In this document: piece after piece, positions 32,136-42,773 of the stretch
How positions within the stretch are numbered: position 1 is the stretch's first letter
Layout of the letters: each line of letters starts with the position of its first letter
Assembly (NCBI GenBank): GCA_032718475.1
Contig: JAUCBJ010000971.1
Coordinates: forward strand, 1 to 49,174
DNA length: 49,174 nt
Direction: 5' to 3'
DNA from: Nemertoderma westbladi
Lineage: Eukaryota > Animalia > Xenacoelomorpha
Notes under the pieces: model-generated
The model's input: only the letters and a program-made list of their open reading frames with translations
Told to the model about the DNA's origin: nothing
Database searches by the model: none
Position numbers and translations under genes: made by a program

Positions 32136-34337
32136 ATGACGGAATTGATAGAAGATGACCTTGGTATTAGAGAGCGATATACTCTACCTTTACAAGCGTT
32201 TGTGGATAGCTTGATACGCGGTGAAGCCGATCCGACTATTACGGAGGACGATGGTCGTTATATCGAACCGCCGATGTCCCAGGAACAACTTACGCGTGAA
32301 TTGGACTATAGAAAATTCACCGCTCGCTATACGAATCGTAATGGTACGTATATGGACTTCTTAACTACCGGCCATCCTACCGATTTACATGATACTGATG
32401 ATGTAGACACCGAAAGGGAAATGGTTTTATTTAAATATCATGCCCAGCGGAATCGTAATGATAAACCGAGAATAGAACACGAGAACTCTATTCGCAACCT
32501 ACTCGACAGAGAAAACGTTGAAGAACCCGATAAGCGTATCAACTTCAACGACTTTCGGAATATGGAGAATATCCCCTATCCTTTCGTGGATACTCAGCTG
32601 ATAGCTCCTTGGGCCGAAGGCCGAGGTTTCTTTCGCACCATGTATGCTAATGCGTCTAGCAACATTACAAAGGTGCAACGAACTTCCATCGGACATCTTG
32701 CCTTTCAGGAATACGGGTGGAATTTCAAGGTCGGAAATCCCATCAACTATCAACAAGTATACGGAGACCATTATTCTCGATTATACTTTGACGGACCGTT
32801 GACCGCACCTGGCGCCGTGTATAGCTTCATGAGTGTTCCACTCCGTCCCTCCTTAGCTATCTACACGATCTTCGAAAACGCCGCACTTTCCGGTTGGCTA
32901 GCCGATGTGTGCAGTCGCACTATACGCGCCCATCCATTAATCCTTGGGACCAAACTCGCTAAGCTAGATGAACATAATAAATTCATCCGCTTTGAATGTT
33001 TCCGACGTTTTTTAACCCCGTTTCGCAACGTGGATAGCCAATTCAAAGACTGCGCTTTGACCAAGCTCAGCTTAAGAGACTCGGCTGCGGAGAAGTTAGA
33101 TAGCGCTGGATTCGCTATTTTCAAAGACATTTGTATAATAAACCTGCACTCCTCGGTTATCCAAAGACCTCGGATCCCCACCGGTTATTCTGTCGTGGAA
33201 ATTCAGACGATAGGTCCACTTGAGGAGACAGCCACGCCTACCTCAACTATACAAGGGGAAGACGAACCCATATGTTTAGAATCTGAAGAGATTCAGCCCC
33301 CCACGTCTCGGAGTAGCGATAGCGACTACATATTGGAATGGTATCAAGGTCCACAGTGTCTTACTGCGTATGATTATCGCCATGCCAATTATGTTTCTAG
33401 ACAACGTTGTCGGCTGTGCGCATCGAGAGACCATATTACGTCTATGGACACCAACGATCTTTGTTCCTATTTCCACGAGCAACCGTCGATGGAAATCTAT
33501 TGTGCATATTGTCGGCTTAATAATTTGCACATTTTTGCTGTCTGCCCCCAATTTATGACTCAATGCCATCATTGTCAATTAAAAGGACACGCCAGCTTTG
33601 ATTGTCCCTTTAACCATGATTTAGAGAGCGTAGATGAAATGATTGTACTACGTTATATCAGAGCTTGGGAAGCGAACGCTGATTTACATTGTGATTCACG
33701 CCATCGCTATTATCCTGGACGCGCTTACGAAGGAGTTTATGCGTTCCATCCTTATTTGTTTGCCTCCGTCGAGCAGAAATCGCGCCTATCAAGTTATGAA
33801 CTATTGAAGCGCGTTGGAGAATGTATTTCAACCAAATATGTACGCAAATTTCTCAGGAGCATTAATCCGAGTGACATCAATTCGTACAACTTAATAAACT
33901 TTATCCGTCAAGATCCGGCCTATGGAGATTTATTTGTCAACTCACACCCCGAGTTACAAGAAGTATATCGACGGCCTTACGAATACAGAGCCCGCGAACG
34001 TGAGTTGGAAAGAACCATTAAACCAAGGAAGTTTCTAACTGCCTATGGTCCACCCACGGCCCTCGTTCAGACCACTCGTAAAGGACCCTTAAGAGCGGCT
34101 GTCTTGAAACGAGCTCTCAAAGCCGTTAGACCCCTCTCCCCGGACGTTGATGTCAATCAACCCGGTACTTCGACCGGCGGATATACCGATCGCAATCCCA
34201 TACCTTCTGATGCAATCATATTGCACCCTTCACCCAGGAGTTATAGCCCTCCTCGTAAAGTGGCTCGCCCCAAAGAGAAAAGGACTCTTGCTAGCTTTAA
34301 AAAACTGCGTAAACGCCGTCCGCGCAAGAAAGACTAA
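32136..34337 (+). CDS. Extra LTR-element ORF, 733 aa, unknown function; three Cys/His zinc-knuckle-like motifs and a basic C-terminus
   Basis: Long ATG-initiated non-repetitive ORF ending 78 bp before the 3' LTR. Motifs CRLCASRDH...C, CAYCRLNNLHIFAVCP, CHHCQLKGHASFDCP; tail KKLRKRRPRKKD. No obvious signal peptide or TM helix. Confidence 0.88.
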   Translation: MTELIEDDLGIRERYTLPLQAFVDSLIRGEADPTITEDDGRYIEPPMSQEQLTRELDYRKFTARYTNRNGTYMDFLTTGHPTDLHDTDDVDTEREMVLFKYHAQRNRNDKPRIEHENSIRNLLDRENVEEPDKRINFNDFRNMENIPYPFVDTQLIAPWAEGRGFFRTMYANASSNITKVQRTSIGHLAFQEYGWNFKVGNPINYQQVYGDHYSRLYFDGPLTAPGAVYSFMSVPLRPSLAIYTIFENAALSGWLADVCSRTIRAHPLILGTKLAKLDEHNKFIRFECFRRFLTPFRNVDSQFKDCALTKLSLRDSAAEKLDSAGFAIFKDICIINLHSSVIQRPRIPTGYSVVEIQTIGPLEETATPTSTIQGEDEPICLESEEIQPPTSRSSDSDYILEWYQGPQCLTAYDYRHANYVSRQRCRLCASRDHITSMDTNDLCSYFHEQPSMEIYCAYCRLNNLHIFAVCPQFMTQCHHCQLKGHASFDCPFNHDLESVDEMIVLRYIRAWEANADLHCDSRHRYYPGRAYEGVYAFHPYLFASVEQKSRLSSYELLKRVGECISTKYVRKFLRSINPSDINSYNLINFIRQDPAYGDLFVNSHPELQEVYRRPYEYRARERELERTIKPRKFLTAYGPPTALVQTTRKGPLRAAVLKRALKAVRPLSPDVDVNQPGTSTGGYTDRNPIPSDAIILHPSPRSYSPPRKVARPKEKRTLASFKKLRKRRPRKKD

Positions 34338-34415
34338 CTGTTTAGAGTATTTTTATATTTTAGAAACTGTGATTTTGTATATTTTATAGACTTAAATCCC
34401 ATTTTCTGGGAGCGG

Positions 34416-35605
34416 TGTAAAAGCTTTTGTGGGATAACTGATACGTTTGCCTTTGCTGGCCAGTTCCCCCCCGGTCGCTAGAATACTCTCAAAGGGATTT
34501 ATAACTAAAATAGTGCAAGCTACCAGCTTATTGGCTGATGTGCTGTACGGAGATATCTGGGCTCAGTTTAATCGGCCAACCAGCTTAGAGAGGTTACCTC
34601 TGCCCTGCTGTCCGTGTCGGCCAATAGAATTTGCGTGGGCGTTGATTTCGACCTATCCCAGAGCTACTGAACTGAATTTCCTATCTCTATGCTCATCCTC
34701 TGTGTTGAACGGGAGCTTCGTGGAATAAGGGTAGTTGGTATCCTCGTATAGTTATTCTAGTCATATGATTCTTCATATGATTCTGTTGTTATGTTCCCAT
34801 TTTTCGCCATAACACCGGCTTTTGGGAAGAACTCCAGTAAAACTGCTTAAATTATCGAAAGTATAACTGTTACCGGCGGTCTTACCTAACTCACTTAATT
34901 TAACTGCACTAATCATATTTTTGTACTGTTATTTACCGTCAGTTATTAATTGTATCTAGTTGTTGATGAAATATTGCCCTTTGGAGAATACGGATAAATC
35001 ACCCAAATTTCCCAATTTTCTTGATACACTACAGGTTAGAGAGACGGGCTATATATAACAATTGCGATTTATATTAATGTGGTGTGTATTGAATCTGATG
35101 TTATTTAGCAGACCCTACATGAGTCAATTGCTGCTCTCTTTATGTGTGATCAAATATACTGACGGTCGGCAGAATAGTGTGCATGATTGTGATTGGTAAC
35201 AAAGTATTTCCTAAAGAATACGCCTTATACTTTAATCATAAGCGGTATCGTTGCGTTTAGTATAAGTCCTAGTTCTGTTTAAATAGATAGAGCGCCACGT
35301 CCTAAAGGAACTGTTAATATTTCCCGAAAGCCAATAATATCTGTCAGAGATTAATTATTAACGATCTATCGAATAATACAGTAGGTTTACACTGCAACCT
35401 TACACTGCAATAATAAAATTTAAGCATCCGAATTCAGCCTCCCGGGTGTAGATCCATCGGGTGAATGATCGCGCATGGGCTGGCTTCGGCTAATGTTTTG
35501 TGTATTAGCATAAAATATTGTCGTATGCTAAAGGTGTTTTAATTAACTAAAAGACATATAAATTTTGGCAGGTTAAACTGCTAAAGGTCTTCAAAAGCGC
35601 GAACA
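34416..35605 (+). repeat. 3' LTR of BEL/Pao element 1
   Basis: Direct repeat of 22761-23950, followed by TSD CAGAA. Confidence 0.96.
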
Positions 35606-35852
35606 CAGAAATACACAATAATGCAAGTTATTGCTGTAAAACTGTCGGCGCTCGATCCCTTGTAATACAGTAGCGCCTCCTACTGTCTTCAACTATCTAT
35701 CCAATACCTATGACCTATGAGTATATCTTGACCTATCAGTGATGATTTCAGTTTGCGCTAAACTGGTTGTAAAAAACCGAGGCCCATTTCAGTTTGCCAT
35801 TTACACGCTTAAATGTATTTGTAAAGCTAATACTAGATATTTATAGATTATA

Positions 35853-38721
35853 CTAGAAAGCCTGTGGCCCTTCGGGCCACAGCTTTCTAGTGCACGTGCA
35901 GATGATATATGAATATGTGTGGGAGATTTGAGAACTGCATACGGAACAGACACCATCATTAAATAAAACACCACCCCCATAAGAGATAACTGTCAAGTTT
36001 CAACTTTAGGCAGATTGTAAATAACAAAATTTCCAGAAAATGATCACTTTCAGATCCACCCTCTACCTGCGGACTGGTGAAATGCAGACGGCGCTGCAGT
36101 TTGGTAAAGATGGGGTTTATGGTGAAGTAAAATGCCTGCCTTTCAAGTTTCAGCTTAAACAGATTGTAAATAACAAAATTGATGTAGATGTTCACATTCA
36201 GACATTTCACCCTCTAGCGGTAGACTGAAGAACTGTGGACGACTCTGGGACTCCGTAAAGATACAGAATATGCTGTAGTAGATTCCTGCCAAGTTCCAGC
36301 TCAATAGGATTAAAAATAACCAAATGGGATGAGGTGTTCACTATCAGATATGTCGCCCTCTAGCGGCAGATGGGGGGACTGTATACAACTCTGTGACTCC
36401 GTAAAGGTACAGCCTATGCTGTGGGGCGAGACACGTAGTCGGCGAGCCTTTGCATACGGTTCATATAGGGCAAATGGGGCATGTCCGTCTGTCTGTCTGT
36501 CCGTCTGTCTGTCTGTCCGTCTGTCTGGTAAATGTTTGAACGCGAATTTCTCGGCATCGCTCGTTCGGAATTGAACCAAACTTAGTAGGTAAGTAGTAGA
36601 GAGAAAGTTTAGAAAGTTTGTAAAGTTTGGTGAAAAATCATGCAGTCTGACGTCAGCTACGACAGATTATGTGGTTTTTAGAAAATGTTAAATTTCTCGG
36701 GAAGGCCTCATTTTCCTGAGCTGAAATTTTGGTGGCCTGTAGAGAATCATGAAGTCTATCTTTTACGAAATTGAAAAGTTAAGACATTTAATTGGGGATC
36801 CGCTAGAGACTCAGAAGTAATGACATAGGCCTACCGGTACGGTACTGCTGTACAGTGCTGCACTGGTAAGTACGAAATTGCAGAATAACAATTTGACACC
36901 ACCTAGCGGATTAACATATGATTGTATATCGAATGAATACATTTATAGCATGGGATATGGGGTCCAAACTAGACATGCCCCATTTGCTCTATATGAACCG
37001 TATGCCAAGGCTTGCCGACTACGTGCTGCGCGAAGTCCCCACGAACGTGTAGTAGATGCCTACCAAGTTTCAGTCTAAACCGTTAGTAAATAACAAAGTT
37101 GGAGAAGATGTTAACTTTCAGACATTTCACCCTCTAGCGGTAGACTGGGGAAGTGAATAGGATTCTGCAACCCCGTAAAGATACAGCCTATGATGTAGTA
37201 GATACCAACCAAGTTTCAGCTCAAAATGATTAAAAAGAACCAAATGGGATGAGGTGTTCACTATCAGATATGTCGCCCTCTAGCGGCAGATGGGGGGACT
37301 GTATACAACTCTGTAACTCCGTAAAGGTACAGCCTATGCTGTAGTAGATGCCTACCAAGTTTCAGTCTAAACCGTTAGTAAATAACAAAGTTGGAGAAGA
37401 TGTTAACTTTCAGACAATTCGCCCTCTAGCGGCTGACTGTGGAACTGTAGACGACTCTACTACTCCGCAAAGATATAGCCTATGCTATAGTAGATGCCTA
37501 CCAAGTTTCAGTCTAAAAGGATTGTAAATAACAAAGTTGGAGGAGATGTTAACTTTCATACATTTCGCCCTCTAGCGGCAGACGCGGGTAATGTAGACAA
37601 CTCTGCGCGACTCAGTAAAGATATAGCCTATGCTGTAGTAGATGCCTACCAAGTTCAGTCTAAATGGATTATAAATAACAAAGTTGGAGAAGATGTTAAC
37701 TCTCAGACATTTAGCCCTCTAACGGTAGACTGGGGAACTGTGGACAACTCAGTGACTCCGGAAATATACAGCCTATGCTGCAGTATATAGCTACCAAGTT
37801 TCAGCTCAAAAGCATTAAAAACAACCCAATGAGATCAGGTTTTCACTATCGGACAATTCGCCCTCTAGCGGCAGATGGGGGAACTTCAGACGGCTCTGAG
37901 TATTACGTTGCAACGAGTTAGGGCGAGACCTATCTAACGAGCTATAGTAAGCGAGATTTCATCGAGATTAGATGTATAATATTAGATAAAATAATAATAC
38001 AGTAAGTATAGGCCTACAGAAATAATTATTTTACTTTTAATATTCATAACAGTAAAACAAAAATGTTATAAACCTCTCCTTCCATGCAGCCAATGATTGA
38101 GAAAGCAGAATTACTCTTGAGCAATTTGCAACAGACAACCCAAACCCACCCCAATCAACACTCCAGCCTGCTTGCTCCTTATCTGTGCCCAGCCAGCTAG
38201 CTGCGATTTCAATAATTACCTTAACGTTGCTATGATACAGAAAAAAATCCTTCCCTATTCACTACAGCACTAAGAATAGGCCAATTCGATCGTGCTTGGC
38301 GAATATGACATATTTATACACTATTTGATTTTTAATCAATAAATAATCATACATATTTATATTAAACACTCGAATAAAATAAAAACTTTGTGAGAATGGG
38401 ACACGGCGAATCTACTCATGTTAATTTTATACCAGATGGGATAAATGTTACCCCTCTAAATAATTAATTACCGATAGAAGAACCGAAATAATTCGATACA
38501 TTTCGCCCGAACGAACACAAAATACGCATTCACGCAAGCAAACGCGTAAAATTAGCCTCGAGATTGCGATAGTTTACGTGCTCAGGACGAGAGCTTTCGA
38601 TCGATGTATCATTTGCTCAGATTGGTGCATGTGTGTCGGAGCGTATAGCTTGGACAGACTCACAGACTCATAGACTCATAGACTCACAGACAGACAGAGG
38701 ATATTTATATATATAGATAGA
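35853..38721 (-). mobile_element. Non-autonomous Helitron with internal tandem subrepeats (CCCTCTAGCGG-containing)
   Basis: Minus strand starts TCTATCTATATATAT...(CTGT/GAGTCT)n and ends with the hairpin CTAGAAAGCTGTGGCCCGAAGGGCCACAGGCTTTCTAG. Inserted between A and T without a TSD. Confidence 0.8.
36420..37050 (+). mobile_element. HINE/DINE-1-like element nested in the Helitron
   Basis: About 55-bp subterminal inverted repeats (CACGTAGTCGGC...GGGGCATGTC), a (GTCY)n microsatellite and ends related to the 8726 and 43840 elements. It interrupts the host unit TATGCTGTAGTAGATGCC, seen intact near 37335. Confidence 0.85.
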
Positions 38722-38769
38722 TTATAGAGATTATATATTTATGACCGGAATATTTATTATGATGGTATT

Positions 38770-39354
38770 TGTGACGGGATCAATGGATCCCGACCGGTTG
38801 TAGTTAGTACGCGTCACAGCGGGCTGATGGGTGGATATGATATAATATACATAAGGTCTGAGTTCGGTGTTCAACTGAAGTATAATATTGTAATATAGAT
38901 GATAGCAATAATTGGTAGATACAGGTACCGGTAGGATAATGTATACAGCACCGCAACGACGGTCAAACTATGTGGACGGTCCGCGGTAAACTAATCACTG
39001 AGTAAACTGACCGGTAATGTGGTATGTAACATAATATATATTGGTTACTGCACTGTGGCCTTGCTACTCAGCTGATGCCTGCCCCCCCCCCCCCCCCCCA
39101 TTGGCTACTAATCCACTTCACACCCTTTGCCCTGTGGGGGTGTTTCCCCCCCCCCCCCCCGCTGCTGTTACTTCCCTTCTCCCTGGAGGCTTAACCTCTG
39201 ACCTCCATTGTGTGAGGCCCTCTGGGGTTTGTCGTCCCCGTTTTATTGGGGTGACACGAGGTTGATATTGGTAATCAACCTCGTGCTCCCAATATTGCTT
39301 AGAGGCCTCGCTGGCCCAACTTTGTGGGGTGTTAGCGGAATTGATTCGCTAACA
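38770..39354 (-). repeat. 3' LTR of BEL/Pao element 2
   Basis: Direct repeat of 42774-43359, preceded by the PPT on the minus strand. Confidence 0.95.
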
Positions 39355-40850
39355 CTGCCCCCCATGCTATCTTCCCGGTGAGAAGATAGCATCAACCACT
39401 AGTGCGCTTCAATTCCGCTGGAACTCGATCTATTATCGGGTGTGGGGTGGAGTTATTTTCTTGGAGTCGGCTTTCCAGGCCGCTCCCTATGGGTATGATG
39501 TCACTACCCTCTGGCGTCTCGTGTCGGGCCGATCGTGCGCTTCTCTCACACGATTTTTGTTTCCCCGACACTCTCACCACTCTAATTCCGCTCTCTGACT
39601 CAACTCGCTCTTACCCTCTCCCCACACCTGAATCGCACTCTTCTCTCTCGCCAACAGCTCCTTTCACTATCTCCTCTCTACTCCCTGCCACTCTCTAAGG
39701 CCCTGACCTTTAATGCTACCCCTGTGGTATCATACTATCTATCTTATCTAAGGTCTAACTTGCTAACTATCTAACTTCTCTAACTCGAACTAACTCCTAA
39801 CTCTACTAACTACTAACTCTACTCTCTGCTAACTCTTACTACTTCTAGCTCTAACTAAAAGCCTCTAACTTTCTACTAACTCTAACTAGAACTCTCTAAC
39901 TCTACTACTAAGTCTACTAACTCTTTTCTAACTCTGACTAAAATCCTCCATCTACGTGGCGCTTGTGGTGCCCACAACCATTCTACTACTACTTCTACTC
40001 TGCTACTATCTTTAACTCTAGTAACTCTACTCGACTCCTCTAAGTCTACTGACTCCCTAGCCCTCTAACTAGAACTCTCTAACTCTATCCACTCTTCTAA
40101 CTACGTGGCGCTTAGGGTGCCCACAACCCCTTTACTACAATTTCCATCTACGTGGCGCTTCCGGTGCCCACAACCTCTCTACTACTGCTCGTGGCATGAC
40201 AATATGCCACACTCCCTGTTCCCCGCCGCCTTCTAACTCTACTACCTGGCACCCTATGTGCCCTCTCCACTACTTTCTACTACTACATCTCCACCTCCAC
40301 TAATACCTCTATCTACGTGGCGCTTGCGGTGCCCACAACCACTCTCTGCTACTACTTTCTACGTGGCGCTTATGGTGCCCATAACCTCTCTCCGCTACTA
40401 CTTTCTACGTGGCGCTTCCGGTGCCCACAACCCCTCTCTGCTACTACTTTCTACGTGACGCTTCCGGTGCCCACAACCCCTCTCTTACTACTTTCTTTCT
40501 ACATGGCGCTTCCGGTGCCCACAACCTCCCTACTACTACTCGTGGCATGACAATATGCCACACTCCCTTACCCCGCCGCCTTCTAACTTAGCTCCCGGTA
40601 CTACGTACCCTCTACTCCCGTGGTATGTTTATACCACACTCCCTATACTCCGCCGCCTTCTAACTTCTCTACTTACTATCCTTTACTACTTCTAACTTCT
40701 ACTAATCTACTTCTTCTACTATCTGTCTTATTTTTAATTATTTAATTATGTATTATTATTTATTTAAATTAAATAATTATTTTTGTGGGAAGGGCGTCTC
40801 GCCCTCATTCCCACCCCCCTCAGTCCCAAAATATTGGACGACTAAACCTC

Positions 40851-42745
40851 CTAACTAGGGCGATTCTTCCAACAGGCACTCTCCCACTGCTGCTCTTGTA
40901 GGTCCTGTAGGATTCGCCGCACTCTCTTCGCCAATTCCATCTCACCAGGAATTGGTTCTCCCTCTTCTGCCACCCTGAAATCGGGTCTCTCCACCGCCTT
41001 CTTAAGTAGCTCATCTCCTGGCATCAAAATGCCACTTCTCTCCTTGTTGTCTCCCGCCGGCAGAATGAATAGAAAGTGAAAGAACAGGCAGAACAGAAGG
41101 TAGAATAATAGTCCTATCCCTTTCCATCCTGCCTTCCTTCTCGACTTCCCCCTTGTCGGTATGCCTCCAAACCGGACCTGCGTCTCTTCCGGACACTCCT
41201 CTGGACACTCCCCCGGAGTGTTGTCCTCCGGACACCTCGCCATCCGCTCCGCTCCATCTCCATACCGATGCTTGCTGGGAAACCTACTCTCCTCTGCCCA
41301 CTTTCTTACTGTCACCTCCCTATCTGGCTCTACTATCTCTTGTTTCTCCTCTACTTCCTCTGCGTCTTCGGTGCCTGGTATCATGCACCCAGATGTCTCT
41401 GTCACACTGCATGGGATGTTGGTTTTAACTGGGCCGCTAAGCGTCCATCCGAACGGCGTGAGGATCGCCGTCGGGTCCCGCTGCCTGTCTTCGCCGAAGA
41501 CCGTCTTCATTCTCTCATGGGCCGCCGGGCAGTCCATTCCTACTATAATGGACACCTTCCTAACGTCCACCTTTGGTATTGAGAAATCGATACCGTCCAG
41601 GTAATCTATACTGCTCGACCTCAATGTTGGTAGGTCGCCTGGCGTTGATATTTATCGATTCTATGACGTGGATGGGGTCGATCGTCGCCCCATAGCCGCA
41701 TCCCGGTGCAATCGCTGCTATCCTGCACCACCCCGTCCTCGTCTCCAGGACCTCATCTTTACTCGAGACGGTAGTTACCGCCATTCTGTTCGGCCTCGTC
41801 TTTAGCCCTATCTCTTCGGCCACCCAGTTCTCCACCAGCGTGAAGGCTGCTCCGCTGTCGACCAGCATTAATGTCGTTACTGATCGACCGCCCTCTCCTG
41901 ATATCTTTACTGGTACTACCCCGAGTAGTACTTTTCTCTTCTTCTCCTCTTCTGTCATGCTTGTAGCCATTGTTTGGCCTCCAGTCTCCTCCTCTCTTGC
42001 TGCTGTTTCTCTATACTCTCCGGGTCTGTAATTAATTCGGCTTCATAGTTTAGGAAGCTCGACATTTCTTCTAGGCCCGGTTCCGCACCTTTCTTCTCTC
42101 AAGTGGAGAAGGCGATCTTCCTCCACTTTCTCCGCAGCCAGATCGGCAGTGCCTGCGCTATCGTGGTGATGTTGTTAGATGCGTTGAGTTCGTATGGTGC
42201 GTCTAGCGTCTTCAGTATGATTAACGCCTTCTCGACCTTGTTCGCAAAGGTCTTTATGCTAACGGGATTATCCTGTAGGCCATCCGATGTTATGCCTCTC
42301 AGGGTTTGCCGGATGATCTTGGCTGGGTGCCCGTACTCCCTATCTAACGCCCGCCATGCTGTCGTGAAGCCGCCCTCAATGCCCTGGTATTGCCTCACGA
42401 TGTCGTATGCTGGGCCTCCTGTATATACTTGCAGATATTTTAGGCACTCCGCCTGCATCAAGTTCTTACTTAATATCTCGTTGCTGTACATGCGCCGAAA
42501 CTGCAGGTATTCATCCGGCCTACTTCCGTCGAATTTAAATGGCTCGACTGGTGGTAACTCGATCCTGGTCTTTAATGCATCGATTAATGTGGCCATTCCC
42601 ATCGCTTGCGCTTCCAATGGGTTCGATGGATGTTGTACAGACTCTCCTATTGGGTGCGGTCCGTTCGTCCTATCTGTTGTTGATTTTATTTGTTGCGTCG
42701 GATATATCATTGGGGGTAACGGCCCCCTCCATATTTCCATGTCGC
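40851..42745 (-). pseudogene. Disrupted BEL/Pao gag-protease (DUF1759-like capsid, aspartic protease; zinc knuckles deleted)
   Basis: IELPPVEPFKFDGS...LDREYGHP (42099-42745). An in-frame TGA is followed by EKKGAEPGLEEMSSFLNYEAELITDP. Then LLGVVPVKI...LVDSGAAFTLV (41560-41970) and a frameshift to VSIIVGMDCP...AILTPFGWTLSGP (40851-41624). Confidence 0.88.
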
Positions 42746-42773
42746 ACGACCTATTCTCTCCACATAGTTTGAC

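Larger units (their letters stand above)
22761..35605 (+). mobile_element. Non-autonomous BEL/Pao LTR retrotransposon (12.8 kb) with gag-protease, deleted RT/IN and an extra 3' ORF
   Basis: 1190-bp TG...CA LTRs (22761-23950, 34416-35605) with only two mismatches spotted by eye. 5-bp TSD CAGAA (22756-22760, 35606-35610). PPT-like GGGAGCGG before the 3' LTR. BEL-type triple zinc knuckle Gag. Confidence 0.95.

Noticed and set aside
32136-34337. Env glycoprotein
   Set aside because: No N-terminal signal peptide and no C-terminal TM helix; it has zinc knuckles and an NLS-like tail instead.
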